A stretch of DNA of 60,495 bases, filler included. It is 4 parts of 4 records of this genome, joined end to end, with 100 filler letters (N's around TTAATTAATTAA, not from the genome) between each part and the next. Parts side by side here need not be neighbours in the genome. Positions count along the whole stretch, not along the records: positions 1 to 9,430 come from SRR2962707_695; positions 9,531 to 39,135 come from SRR2962707_696; 2 more parts are not named here. The stretch is one strand, 5' to 3'. The position numbers were made by a program, and so were the translations under genes. Positions within the stretch are counted from its first letter, which is position 1, and every line of letters begins with the position of its first letter. Under the pieces are notes generated by a model. The model did not search any database. It was not told the origin of the DNA and saw only the letters and a list, made by a program, of their open reading frames with translations. Shown here piece by piece: positions 8,687-18,489 of the stretch.

Positions 8687-9430
8687 CTACTCTCCTTTTA
8701 TGATCGATACGCCGAGCGGCGGTAATGCAATAGCGATGCTTCTTGCATGACCATGCGAAGCTGTGTCTTCAATCGTAATCTTCTTGTTCAACACATCACT
8801 TCCTCCATATGCTTTGCTGTCGGTAGACAATACCTCTTTGCATTGCTTCTGGAATGGCACACCGATCCGATAATGTTCGTGCATTGTTGGGGTGAAATTG
8901 GCTACAACAACAAGGGATTTACCTTTTTTATCCCTTCGTATGTAAGCCAGCACGGAGTTATTGCTGTCGTTATAATCTATCCACTCAAAACCATCCGCAA
9001 GGTAAGACAGTTCATGCAAGGATTTTTCTTTTGTGTAAAGCTTATTCATGTCCTTGCACAGCTGTTGCATGCCTTTGTGCAAGTCGCCACCCAGCAAATG
9101 CCAATCCAGGGACTGGTCATGTTTCCATTCCTGCCACTGCCCGATCTCGTTTCCCATGAAATTCAGTTTGGAACCCGGATGCGTGTACATAAACGCATAT
9201 AGAACACGCGCATTGGCAAACTTCTGCCACTCGTCCCCAGGCATACGATCCAGAATGGAGCCTTTGCCATGTACCACCTCATCATGGGAGAGAGGAAGCA
9301 TAAAATTCTCCGTAAACGCATAAGTCATGCTGAAGGAAATCTCGTTGTGGTGGAATTTCCGGTGAATGGAATCGCGCTTGAAATATTCAAGTGTATCGTT
9401 CATCCATCCCATCATCCATTTCATTCCAAA
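8687..9430 (-). CDS. glgB: 1,4-alpha-glucan branching enzyme, C-terminal part (5' end lost at contig edge)
   Basis: KWMMGWMNDTL, LPLSHDEVVHGKGS and HPGSKLNFMGNEIGQ motifs. Confidence 0.95.
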   Translation of the reverse strand, partial: FGMKWMMGWMNDTLEYFKRDSIHRKFHHNEISFSMTYAFTENFMLPLSHDEVVHGKGSILDRMPGDEWQKFANARVLYAFMYTHPGSKLNFMGNEIGQWQEWKHDQSLDWHLLGGDLHKGMQQLCKDMNKLYTKEKSLHELSYLADGFEWIDYNDSNNSVLAYIRRDKKGKSLVVVANFTPTMHEHYRIGVPFQKQCKEVLSTDSKAYGGSDVLNKKITIEDTASHGHARSIAIALPPLGVSIIKGE

Positions 9431-9530
9431 NNNNNNNNNNNNNNNNNNNNNNNNNNNNNNNNNNNNNNNNNNNNTTAATTAATTAANNNNNNNNNNNNNN
9501 NNNNNNNNNNNNNNNNNNNNNNNNNNNNNN
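9431..9530. other. Artificial contig spacer
   Basis: N44-TTAATTAATTAA-N44, which gives stops in all six frames. Confidence 0.99.
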
Positions 9531-9543
9531 TCAAAAAAAATAA

Positions 9544-9557
9544 CGCAAACGGTTGCG
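9544..9557. promoter_or_regulatory. LacI-family operator CGCAAACGGTTGCG
   Basis: One mismatch to the repeated palindrome CGCAAACGTTTGCG. Confidence 0.7.
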
Positions 9558-9588
9558 AAACGTCTTGATTATGAAGATTTTGTAAAAA

Positions 9589-10611
9589 TCATACCTTTTT
9601 CGATGAATCTCTCACCAAAAGGTTGGTTGGTAGTTTCATTGATTCAAATTCCACATCCTCCTCTCCTCCGTCTATTTGTTTAATCAACAGCTCAGCAGCA
9701 TGCTGCCCCATCTCAAAGCCTGGCTGTTCGATGGTGCTGATTGAAGGATTAGTGAGTGCGGTGAACTGCCAATTGCTAAACCCTACCACCCCAAAGTCCT
9801 GTGGAACGTTCTTACCATACTTCTGAGCTGCTTTAATTGCACCCATGGCTGCAAGATCATTAGAGGCAAAAAGTGCATCAGGATTTTTTGACTTTAATAA
9901 CTCATAAGTCGCACTGTATGAATCACTTTCATTAGAAGCCTGGTTGTAAACAATCAATCCTTCATTTACTTCTAAACCGGCATCTTCATGTGCTTTCCTA
10001 AATCCATTTAGGCGCTGGTTGGTAATATCTAGATTTTCAGGACCCGCCAAATGGCCGATTTGCTTATACCCTTGCTTAATTAAATGTTCTGTGGCCTGAT
10101 AGCCTCCAAGGAAATCATCTACCGTAACCTTACTTGTTTCAATCGTATCAGCGACTCTATCAAAGAATACGATTGGCAAACCCCTTTGCATCATAGCCTC
10201 AAAATGGGTGTAATCAAACGACTCTCTTGACAAGGAAACAAGGATTCCATCCACACGATTATTGAACAATGTCTGTAGGTTCATCATCTCCCGATCCACT
10301 GATTCATTCGATTGCGTAATGATCACATTATACCCTTTGCTCTGAGCAATGTCTTCTATCCCACTGATAACAGTTGAAAAAAAGAAGTGGACGATCTCTG
10401 GAACAATTACCCCGATCGTATTGGATTTGCTGTACCTCAAACTCAACGCAAGTGAATTTGGCTGATAGTTCAATTCTTCTGCAACACGTCTAACGGCTTT
10501 TTTTGTTTCCTCACTGATCTCAAAATGATCTTTCAGAGCACGTGATACCGTTGAGGGTGATATACCCAGTTCCCTTGCTATATCCTTGATGGTTGTTGTT
10601 TGCCTTTTCAT
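9589..10611 (-). CDS. LacI-family transcriptional regulator (probable maltose/starch repressor)
   Basis: TIKDIARELGISPSTVSRAL HTH plus periplasmic-binding-type sensor domain; divergent from the starch PUL. Confidence 0.95.
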   Translation of the reverse strand: MKRQTTTIKDIARELGISPSTVSRALKDHFEISEETKKAVRRVAEELNYQPNSLALSLRYSKSNTIGVIVPEIVHFFFSTVISGIEDIAQSKGYNVIITQSNESVDREMMNLQTLFNNRVDGILVSLSRESFDYTHFEAMMQRGLPIVFFDRVADTIETSKVTVDDFLGGYQATEHLIKQGYKQIGHLAGPENLDITNQRLNGFRKAHEDAGLEVNEGLIVYNQASNESDSYSATYELLKSKNPDALFASNDLAAMGAIKAAQKYGKNVPQDFGVVGFSNWQFTALTNPSISTIEQPGFEMGQHAAELLIKQIDGGEEDVEFESMKLPTNLLVRDSSKKV

Positions 10612-10669
10612 GCAAGAAAATTACTCAAATGAGTCAAAAGTTGTTCAGGGCTTTTGTAAAAGTCTGAAA

Positions 10670-10683
10670 CGCAAACGTTTGCA
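10670..10683. promoter_or_regulatory. LacI-family operator CGCAAACGTTTGCA
   Basis: Palindrome in the lacI / susE-F-like divergent intergenic region. Confidence 0.8.
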
Positions 10684-10827
10684 TAAAAAAAAGTCCGTAA
10701 AAACTTCTTAAAAGTGTTGCTTGGAATTTTTGAATTCATAAAATTCGGTATGCAAGCGTTAAGAAATAGTGAATTTTTTAACCCAAAATATCGAAAAAAT
10801 TAACTTAAAATTTAACAACAAACTAAG

Positions 10828-12468
10828 ATGAAAAACGCACTAAAATCCCTTTGTTTTTTGACAGTGTTAGGGACACTGACTTTCATCTCATCGTGCGGTA
10901 GCGATGACGGTGGAGGAATTGATATTGATGACGATGATGTGGGCTCATTTACTGTAGCCGATGGGCTTTACATCGCTGGTATATCCGGATCCGATACGAC
11001 AGTAGTGACTGGTAAAAAACTTTCAGAAACTGATGTAGAGGATGATGGATTTGCTACAAAAGAAAGATCAGGTCACTCTTCTGTTTACACTTATTTAGAG
11101 GCAGGTACTTTTCTGTTTGTTGAAGTTGAAGATCAGGAGGCAGTAAATGTATATGGTGGAGCTACTTCTGAATATGATGATGACGATGCTGACAACACAG
11201 ATGACTACAATGGTGGGTACACCGTCGTTGATCTTTCAGGAACTGCAAGCACATTCGATGTTGCTGAGTCTGGAATGTATCATGTGATTTTTGATACCCA
11301 AACAGATGAAGCATTGCTTGTGCAAATTGATTCCTGGGGTGTGATTGGAGGAGCAGTGTTTTCGGATGCCTGTACCAGTGATGGATTTAACGCAGACGTC
11401 AATCTTGATGCGACTGTTTCTGCAGATGCGACCGGAGCTGCTTACGAAGGGGAGGGTATTATCCTGAAAGATGCTGAGTTCAAGGTTCGATATAACGATA
11501 GTTGGAAGATTGACAGAAGAACAGATAAATCAAGCTATGATGATGCTAATGGATATGTTGCTTTGACGAATTTAGGTGGTACACTTACAGCACTCGAAGA
11601 AGGTGGAGCCAACATTAACCTTGGAGATAATTCAATTGACAATGGCATTTATGATATTGTTTTTGTTATCGATGAAAATGGAGATGGTGAGATAATATTA
11701 GACAAGACTGGTGATGCGCCAGAATGTGCATTTGATCCTGATAACTTTAAATGGGGAATAATTGGTTCCGCTACACAGGGAGATCCGGGTAATGGAACTA
11801 GCGTATGCGATGAAAGCGGTACTGGAACCGCTACTGACGGATGGAATGATGACAAAGACCTTGTATACATAGGTCAGGATGGAAGCACTCATACTTGGAG
11901 AGGTGTTTTCCCGCTAGCTGGTGGAACTGAAAATAATGCATTCAAGTTTAGAACTGACTGTACTTGGGCAACCAAATTATTGCCTACATCAGCAACCGTT
12001 ACTGATAATACTGATGAGGGTACCATAACTGATGATGGTGATACCAATGCGGATGGTCAATGGTTTGTTGCTGATGGTGAGTCAGGATTCTACTATTTTG
12101 TAATTTCTACTTCTGATCAGGGAGCAACTTGGGAATTAACGATTGATGAAGCTGAATTTCAGGTGATTGGACAAGGAAGCCCAGCCAGTAGCTGGGATGC
12201 AGGAAATGGTATAGCAATGACTTATAATGATGATCTTGCTTCTGCTACTCTTGCAACCGGTGATTATACAACTGACGGATGGAAAATCTTTGTCAACCAA
12301 AGCTTTGACTACAACCTTGGTGGTTCATTAGATGGAACCACTGCACTTGAATTCAACAATAGTACTTTCAATCTAGATGCAGCTGGTAATTACTCGGTAA
12401 CTATTAGTACGGCCGATGGTGGTGTTACGTACACTGCTACCGCGACTGATAATGCCGCCAGACAATAA
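10828..12468 (+). CDS. SusE/SusF-like starch-binding surface lipoprotein
   Basis: Lipobox FISSC; repeated WG[VI]IG...GW..D / FK[VF]R...W modules typical of SusE/F CBMs; PUL context. Confidence 0.75.
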   Translation: MKNALKSLCFLTVLGTLTFISSCGSDDGGGIDIDDDDVGSFTVADGLYIAGISGSDTTVVTGKKLSETDVEDDGFATKERSGHSSVYTYLEAGTFLFVEVEDQEAVNVYGGATSEYDDDDADNTDDYNGGYTVVDLSGTASTFDVAESGMYHVIFDTQTDEALLVQIDSWGVIGGAVFSDACTSDGFNADVNLDATVSADATGAAYEGEGIILKDAEFKVRYNDSWKIDRRTDKSSYDDANGYVALTNLGGTLTALEEGGANINLGDNSIDNGIYDIVFVIDENGDGEIILDKTGDAPECAFDPDNFKWGIIGSATQGDPGNGTSVCDESGTGTATDGWNDDKDLVYIGQDGSTHTWRGVFPLAGGTENNAFKFRTDCTWATKLLPTSATVTDNTDEGTITDDGDTNADGQWFVADGESGFYYFVISTSDQGATWELTIDEAEFQVIGQGSPASSWDAGNGIAMTYNDDLASATLATGDYTTDGWKIFVNQSFDYNLGGSLDGTTALEFNNSTFNLDAAGNYSVTISTADGGVTYTATATDNAARQ

Positions 12469-12488
12469 TCTTCTCGTAATAACAATTT

Positions 12489-12518
12489 AAAAAGCTGCCC
12501 TACGGGGCAGCTTTTTTT
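12489..12518 (+). terminator. Rho-independent terminator
   Basis: AAAAAGCTGCCC-tacg-GGGCAGCTTTTTTT. Confidence 0.9.
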
Positions 12519-12534
12519 AACTTTTGCATTCCAT

Positions 12535-15237
12535 ATGAACCAGATACTCACCATATTTTTTTGCTTTCTTTCAATTAATATCTTTTGCCAAACAAGCATC
12601 GATCCTACTATTGAGCCCTCCTTTTTTTCTGCTGATGAAGAAATTACGATTACGTATGAAGTGACTGGCACCTCACTACAAAGCTTAAATGAAGCATGGA
12701 TATGGATGTGGGTCCCCGGAGAAGGAATCGACGCTCCTTCCAACATCAACCCTGCAAATACTAACAGCTCAGTCACTGATCCTGCTAAATTCACGCGTTC
12801 TACAGGAACTTCTGGTGAAGTTTATTTTAGCATCACGCTCACCCCTGCCGACTTTTTAAATACATCCAAAGAAAACATTGAGAGCGTCGGGATGCTTCTG
12901 AAAGGAAATGACTGGAGTGATGGGCAAACTGCGAATTTCATTGCTGAGATTTCTGACGGATTTACCCTTGTCATGGATAACCCAACTGGTAATTATGGAT
13001 TTTATAGCTCCTCAACAACTATTAATATAGAAGTTCGCACATCAGAAGTAGCAGATATAGAAATTCTGGTGGACAATAACTCAATAGCAAGTGTAACAGA
13101 TGATATGGAGCTAAACACCACACACACAATCATTGACGATGGGAGTGTTCACATCATTAAAGCCAGCGCAACCAATTCAACGGAAACCATCGAAACAACT
13201 TACTCTTACGCATTAACCCCCACCCCACCTACAGCCACCCTACCAGTTGGGGTTGAAGATGGAATTAATTATGGACCTGACGGCACAAGTGCGACGCTGG
13301 CACTACGTGCACCCGGTAAAGCGCATGTTTTCGTTATTGGGGATTTTAATGATTGGATGCTAAGTAATGAATATTTAATGAATCAAGATGGTGAGGTATT
13401 TTGGCTCACAGTGGAGAATCTTACCCCCGGTGAAGAATATATTTTCCAATACCTGGTAGACGGAGAGATTAAAATTGCAGATCCTTATGCAGAAAAAATT
13501 TCTTCGCAATTTGATGATGGAGAGATCATAAACGACAACCGATACCCTAACCTCAAGCCATATCCAAGTTCGGAAACGACAGAAGCTGCTTCTTTCTTAC
13601 AAACAAATCAATCCAACTTTACATGGACTGAATTCACAAGGCCTGCTCAGGAGGAATTAGTGATTTATGAACTTCTAATACGTGATTTCACTGAAGAAAG
13701 AACCTACGATGCAGTAACCGCAAGATTAGACTACCTGGCAGATTTGGGAATTAACGCCATTGAATTGATGCCTGTGCAAGAGTTTGAAGGGAATCTAAGC
13801 TGGGGATATAATCCCGCCTTCATGTTCGCTATTGACAAATACTATGGAACTGAATTAGACTTAAAGACACTCATCGATGAAGCTCATAAGCGAGGTATTG
13901 CCGTAATTCTGGATATAGTGCTGAACCACCATTTTGGAAGAAATTCATTGGTTCGACTCTACAATGAGGGATTATACGGAAATCCAACCTCAGATAATCC
14001 CTGGTTTAATACCACAGCAAAGCATGACTTCAATGTTGGATACGACATGAATCATCAAAGTCAATATACCAAAGACTATGTAGACCGGGTAGTTACATAT
14101 TGGCTAGATGAGTATAACATTGATGGCTATCGGTTTGACCTTTCAAAAGGGTTTACCCAAAAAAATTCAATTGGAAATGTAAGCCTATGGGGAAATTATG
14201 ATGCAACACGGATCACGATTTGGAAACGGATCGCGGATGTTATTTGGGCGAATGATCCTGATGCATATATCATTCTGGAACATTTTGCAGACAACTCTGA
14301 GGAAAAGGAGCTGGCCGAGTATGGAATGATGCTTTGGGGTAATATGAATCACACGTATATCAATACAGCTAAAGGGAGCTCTACATCTTTAGGGCAAGCT
14401 TATTTCGAGAATCGAGGATGGTCTGAGCCTCACTTGATTTCTTATATGGAAAGCCATGATGAAGAACGCTTGATGTGGGAGTTGCAAAAAAGTAAGAGCC
14501 AACACGAATCAATTGAAAGGGCCAAGATGGCTGCAGCATTCTTCCTTACTGTTCCAGGTCCTAAGATGATCTGGCAATTCGGTGAGTTTGGATATGATGA
14601 GGAATTGAATAATGACCGATTAGGGATAAAGCCAACTCATTGGGAATATCTGGATGAAACAAACCGAAAGAAATTATTTGATCTTTACAAATCGCTCATC
14701 CATCTAAGAACCAAAACAGACTATATCAACAAAGATTATTTTGAATGGAATACATCCGGCAATGTGAAGACCATCAACATCAATCACCCGGATGTAGATA
14801 TTTACCTGATTGCAAACTTTGATGATGACAGTCAGGATTTCACTTATCAATTCACCAAACCAGGAACCTGGTATGATTACTTTTCTGGTGAATCTATAGA
14901 GGTGACTGACCCTAGTGAAGAAACGACTTTGAGAGCGGGAGAATGGCGAATGTATACATCGGAGTTAATTGAAAATTACATCGATGATCAACAAATAACC
15001 CTTGGGGTGGAAACCTCCTCTCCAATCATCATTTACCCCAATCCATCAAAGGATTTTATTAAGGTAAATGTCCAATCAGATCGATATGTTATCATAGATG
15101 CCTCTGGAAAAAATATCCAGTCAGGTGTGGTCGGGGCAACATCGGAAATCAATGTTCAGAAGATTCCGTCAGGCATCTACTACCTGCAGCTTTTCAATAG
15201 AAGCAATTCAGTAAAAACCAAAATCGTAATTCACTAA
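12535..15237 (+). CDS. GH13 alpha-amylase/pullulanase-like enzyme with CBM48 and a T9SS C-terminal sorting domain
   Basis: WGYNP, DIVLNH, DGYRFDLSKGF, ILEHF, ESHDEER motifs; C-terminal IYPNPS...GIYYL...KIV. Confidence 0.93.
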   Translation: MNQILTIFFCFLSINIFCQTSIDPTIEPSFFSADEEITITYEVTGTSLQSLNEAWIWMWVPGEGIDAPSNINPANTNSSVTDPAKFTRSTGTSGEVYFSITLTPADFLNTSKENIESVGMLLKGNDWSDGQTANFIAEISDGFTLVMDNPTGNYGFYSSSTTINIEVRTSEVADIEILVDNNSIASVTDDMELNTTHTIIDDGSVHIIKASATNSTETIETTYSYALTPTPPTATLPVGVEDGINYGPDGTSATLALRAPGKAHVFVIGDFNDWMLSNEYLMNQDGEVFWLTVENLTPGEEYIFQYLVDGEIKIADPYAEKISSQFDDGEIINDNRYPNLKPYPSSETTEAASFLQTNQSNFTWTEFTRPAQEELVIYELLIRDFTEERTYDAVTARLDYLADLGINAIELMPVQEFEGNLSWGYNPAFMFAIDKYYGTELDLKTLIDEAHKRGIAVILDIVLNHHFGRNSLVRLYNEGLYGNPTSDNPWFNTTAKHDFNVGYDMNHQSQYTKDYVDRVVTYWLDEYNIDGYRFDLSKGFTQKNSIGNVSLWGNYDATRITIWKRIADVIWANDPDAYIILEHFADNSEEKELAEYGMMLWGNMNHTYINTAKGSSTSLGQAYFENRGWSEPHLISYMESHDEERLMWELQKSKSQHESIERAKMAAAFFLTVPGPKMIWQFGEFGYDEELNNDRLGIKPTHWEYLDETNRKKLFDLYKSLIHLRTKTDYINKDYFEWNTSGNVKTININHPDVDIYLIANFDDDSQDFTYQFTKPGTWYDYFSGESIEVTDPSEETTLRAGEWRMYTSELIENYIDDQQITLGVETSSPIIIYPNPSKDFIKVNVQSDRYVIIDASGKNIQSGVVGATSEINVQKIPSGIYYLQLFNRSNSVKTKIVIH

Positions 15238-15243
15238 ATTCAA

Positions 15244-15257
15244 CGTAAACGTTTGCG
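15244..15257. promoter_or_regulatory. LacI-family operator CGTAAACGTTTGCG
   Basis: Distal palindrome upstream of susC. Confidence 0.75.
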
Positions 15258-15298
15258 GTAAAATTTAATGGATTTTGGATATTGTAAATTTCCAAATT

Positions 15299-15312
15299 CG
15301 CAAACGTTTGCG
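15299..15312. promoter_or_regulatory. LacI-family operator CGCAAACGTTTGCG (perfect)
   Basis: Perfect 14-bp palindrome with central CG, upstream of susC. Confidence 0.85.
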
Positions 15313-15445
15313 TAGAAAAATACGCTAAAAAGCCCTGAAAATCATGGATTTACGTTTCGAAATTGGTAAAATTGACATAGCAAATCCAAAGTTTTTTTTA
15401 AGCGAATCATGCAATAGCATTCGCTGCAAATACTAAGTAAATCAC

Positions 15446-18400
15446 ATGAGTATAAAGAGGATAATCAAACCGGGCTTATTCGGTAAGCTTATAATCACTG
15501 CGATGCTATCTATCGGGGTGTTCTTTGTTTTCGCACAGCAAACGGTTTCCGGGACTGTAACCGACTCAAAAGATGGTACCACCTTACCGGGAGTAACTAT
15601 CCAGGTGAAAGGGACTCAAAATGGGGTTGCGACGGACATAGATGGAAACTATAGTATCGAAGTGAATGCTAATGATGTTTTGATCTTTTCATACATTGGC
15701 TATCAAACCATAGAACAGACTGTTGGTACCCGGACTTCCATTGACATTTCGCTCTCATCTGATATCCAGGAACTTTCAGAGATAGTAGTGGTAGGATATG
15801 GACAAGTTGAAAAGGGAGATGTAACAGGGGTTGTCAATAAAATCGATACAAAAGAATTCAACAAAGGAGTATTAACATCGCCCACCAATTTGATTGCAGG
15901 CAAAGTCGCCGGGGTTCAAGTGGTTTCGAATGATGGAGCCCCAGGTGCTGGTGTTTCTATCAGAATACGTGGAGGTACTTCTCTTACTGCAGGCAATGAA
16001 CCACTTTTCGTGGTTGATGGAGTGCCTTTGGAGAACGATGGAGTAGCAGGAGTTAGGAATCCACTCAACTTCATAAACCCAGCTGATATTGAATCCATCA
16101 CTGTACTTAAAGACGCTTCTTCTTCAGCAATATATGGTTCAAGAGGGGCAAATGGTGTGGTGATCATTACCACCAAATCAGGAACAGCGGGTAAGATACA
16201 GGTCTCCTACGATGGATCCTATAACATGGGTGTTAATGGGCCTGGTGTTAATATGCTGAATGCAGCTGAATTTGCTTTCACCGTGGAGAGAAAAGGTCCC
16301 AGAAATCTTGAAGATCTTGGAAGCTCAAATACAGATTGGTTTGATGAGGTGACTCAAACAGCACAGGCACATAACCATAACTTGGGAGTCTCTTTCGGAG
16401 GAAAATCAAATACAGGTAGAGTATCTCTAAACTATCAAAATGTGGACGGACTCCTAAAAACAGATAACCTGGAAAGAATATCCGGTGCTGTGAATTTTAC
16501 TCAAAACCTAATAAACGATGATCTAATAATAGGGATCAACACAAAGCACAGTATTATCAATAACAGGTTTGCTCCTAATGTGGTGGGTTCAGCACTTGTA
16601 TTCGACCCAACTCAAGCCGTATTTGCAAATGACACGACCACCGGAGGATATTTTGAATGGTCAAGCCCTCTGGCTCCAGGAAATCCCGTTGCTCAAATCA
16701 ATCAAACCTTCAATATTGGAAAGACTGTTCGAAATCTGATTGGTGCTAATTTGAATTATAAGCTCCCTTTTCTGGATGGTCTCTCCGTCAAATTGAATTA
16801 TGCATACGATAATTCCAAAGGGAAAAGCCAGGTTACCCGACTAATTAATGCTAAAGCAGGTCAGGTTAATGGCAGTTTCTCCACGTTTGAAGATTCAAGA
16901 ACAAGCAACCTCCTAGAGGCATATTTGAATTACAAAACGAAGTTGTCATTCGGTAAATTGGATTTAATTGCCGGGTATTCTTATCAAGACTTTACCCGAA
17001 ATGTGGACAGGTCACTATTCAAAAGAGATACTGTTGCTTTGACATTGCTGGATATCTCTAATCCCACTGACTTCATCAGTGAAAGTAAGCTCAACGAAAT
17101 CCGGCCTTTTCTTGATGAACCATTGATCTTTGAGTTAGAAAACAGGCTTATTTCTTTTTGGGGTAGGGCAAATCTTTCAATTCGTGACAAGTATTTGATC
17201 ACAGCAACTGTGAGACGTGATGGAAGTACTAGGTTTGGTAAGGCAAATAGATGGGGTTTATTTCCTTCGGTAGCCGTTGGATGGCGCTTGATTGATGAGC
17301 CATTCGCAGATGGGCTCCAAAGTATCATGTCGAACCTAAAGATACGAGCTAGCTATGGTATTACCGGAAATGAAGAAATAGGCGATTATTTGTATGTAAA
17401 TCTATACCAACAAAGCGATGATAGAACCGCTTACATCTTCGGGCAAGACACAGTCAACACTTACAGACCTAATGCTGTAGATCCGAATATAAAGTGGGAA
17501 GAGACTCAATCTTTAAACTTCGGTATTGACTATGGATTCTTGAAGGGTAGAATTTACGGATCTATTGACGTCTACAGGAAGCTTACCACAGACTTGCTTT
17601 TCAATATTGCATTCCCGATTGGAACACTGACAGGAGATCGGGCAGTGACCAATATTGGTGAGATGGAAAACAAAGGAATTGAGTTTATGTTGAATTCTGT
17701 AGTAATTGACAAACCTGATTTGAAATTGGATTTGGGCTTTAATGCAGCGCATAATCGAAATGAAATATTAAAACTTGACAACTCAAATCTTCCTGATTTT
17801 CAGGGATATACCACCGGCGGTATATCCGGAGATGTTGGACAATCAATCCAAATTTTAAAAGTAGGTCACCCAGCCAACTCATTCTTTGTGTACCAGCATA
17901 AAATTGGTGCAAATGGGAAACCCATTCCAGATGGAGATGATGTAAACGGAGATGGCTTAAGAAATGATCTAGACATGTATGTTGATCAGAATGATGACGG
18001 GGTTATCAATGAGGATGACCTCAGACCTTACAAGAAACCAGCTCCGGATTGGATTTTAGGATTAACAGGAAATTTAACTTATAAAAAGTTTGATGTTGCT
18101 CTTACCTTAAGAGGACAGATTGGTGGATACGTTTACAATAATGTACAATCGCAATATGGTTCATATCAGGGAGTGGACAATGCATTTGCCCCTAATAATA
18201 TCCACGTTTCAGCATATGAAAATGATTTTACTGAGAGGCAACTACTTTCTGATATTTATGTAGAAAATGCCTCTTTCCTTAGACTTGATAACATAACTGT
18301 GGGTTATAGCATTGATTCATTTGAAAAAATCAAAGCTCGCGTATACTTAACAGCTTCAAATTTGTTGACAATAACAGGATATTCCGGGGTAGATCCGGAA

Positions 18401-18478
18401 GCTGGAATCTTGGGCATTGATAATAACCTCTACCCTAGATCACGAAATTTCTTAGCTGGAGTAAATATTACATTCTAA
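15446..18478 (+). CDS. susC: SusC/RagA TonB-dependent outer membrane transporter
   Basis: Carboxypeptidase-regulatory-like N-domain, LKDASSSAIYGSRGANGVVIITTK plug motif, C-terminal YPRSRNF...F. Confidence 0.97.
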   Translation: MSIKRIIKPGLFGKLIITAMLSIGVFFVFAQQTVSGTVTDSKDGTTLPGVTIQVKGTQNGVATDIDGNYSIEVNANDVLIFSYIGYQTIEQTVGTRTSIDISLSSDIQELSEIVVVGYGQVEKGDVTGVVNKIDTKEFNKGVLTSPTNLIAGKVAGVQVVSNDGAPGAGVSIRIRGGTSLTAGNEPLFVVDGVPLENDGVAGVRNPLNFINPADIESITVLKDASSSAIYGSRGANGVVIITTKSGTAGKIQVSYDGSYNMGVNGPGVNMLNAAEFAFTVERKGPRNLEDLGSSNTDWFDEVTQTAQAHNHNLGVSFGGKSNTGRVSLNYQNVDGLLKTDNLERISGAVNFTQNLINDDLIIGINTKHSIINNRFAPNVVGSALVFDPTQAVFANDTTTGGYFEWSSPLAPGNPVAQINQTFNIGKTVRNLIGANLNYKLPFLDGLSVKLNYAYDNSKGKSQVTRLINAKAGQVNGSFSTFEDSRTSNLLEAYLNYKTKLSFGKLDLIAGYSYQDFTRNVDRSLFKRDTVALTLLDISNPTDFISESKLNEIRPFLDEPLIFELENRLISFWGRANLSIRDKYLITATVRRDGSTRFGKANRWGLFPSVAVGWRLIDEPFADGLQSIMSNLKIRASYGITGNEEIGDYLYVNLYQQSDDRTAYIFGQDTVNTYRPNAVDPNIKWEETQSLNFGIDYGFLKGRIYGSIDVYRKLTTDLLFNIAFPIGTLTGDRAVTNIGEMENKGIEFMLNSVVIDKPDLKLDLGFNAAHNRNEILKLDNSNLPDFQGYTTGGISGDVGQSIQILKVGHPANSFFVYQHKIGANGKPIPDGDDVNGDGLRNDLDMYVDQNDDGVINEDDLRPYKKPAPDWILGLTGNLTYKKFDVALTLRGQIGGYVYNNVQSQYGSYQGVDNAFAPNNIHVSAYENDFTERQLLSDIYVENASFLRLDNITVGYSIDSFEKIKARVYLTASNLLTITGYSGVDPEAGILGIDNNLYPRSRNFLAGVNITF

Positions 18479-18489
18479 TCTTAAAAGCA

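Noticed and set aside
9431-9530. TTAATTAATTAA palindrome within N runs (three occurrences)
   Set aside because: Identical artificial linker with stops in all frames; not biological. ORFs containing X runs are artefacts
17930-18020. DxDxDG calcium-loop motifs in SusC
   Set aside because: Common feature of SusC-family transporters
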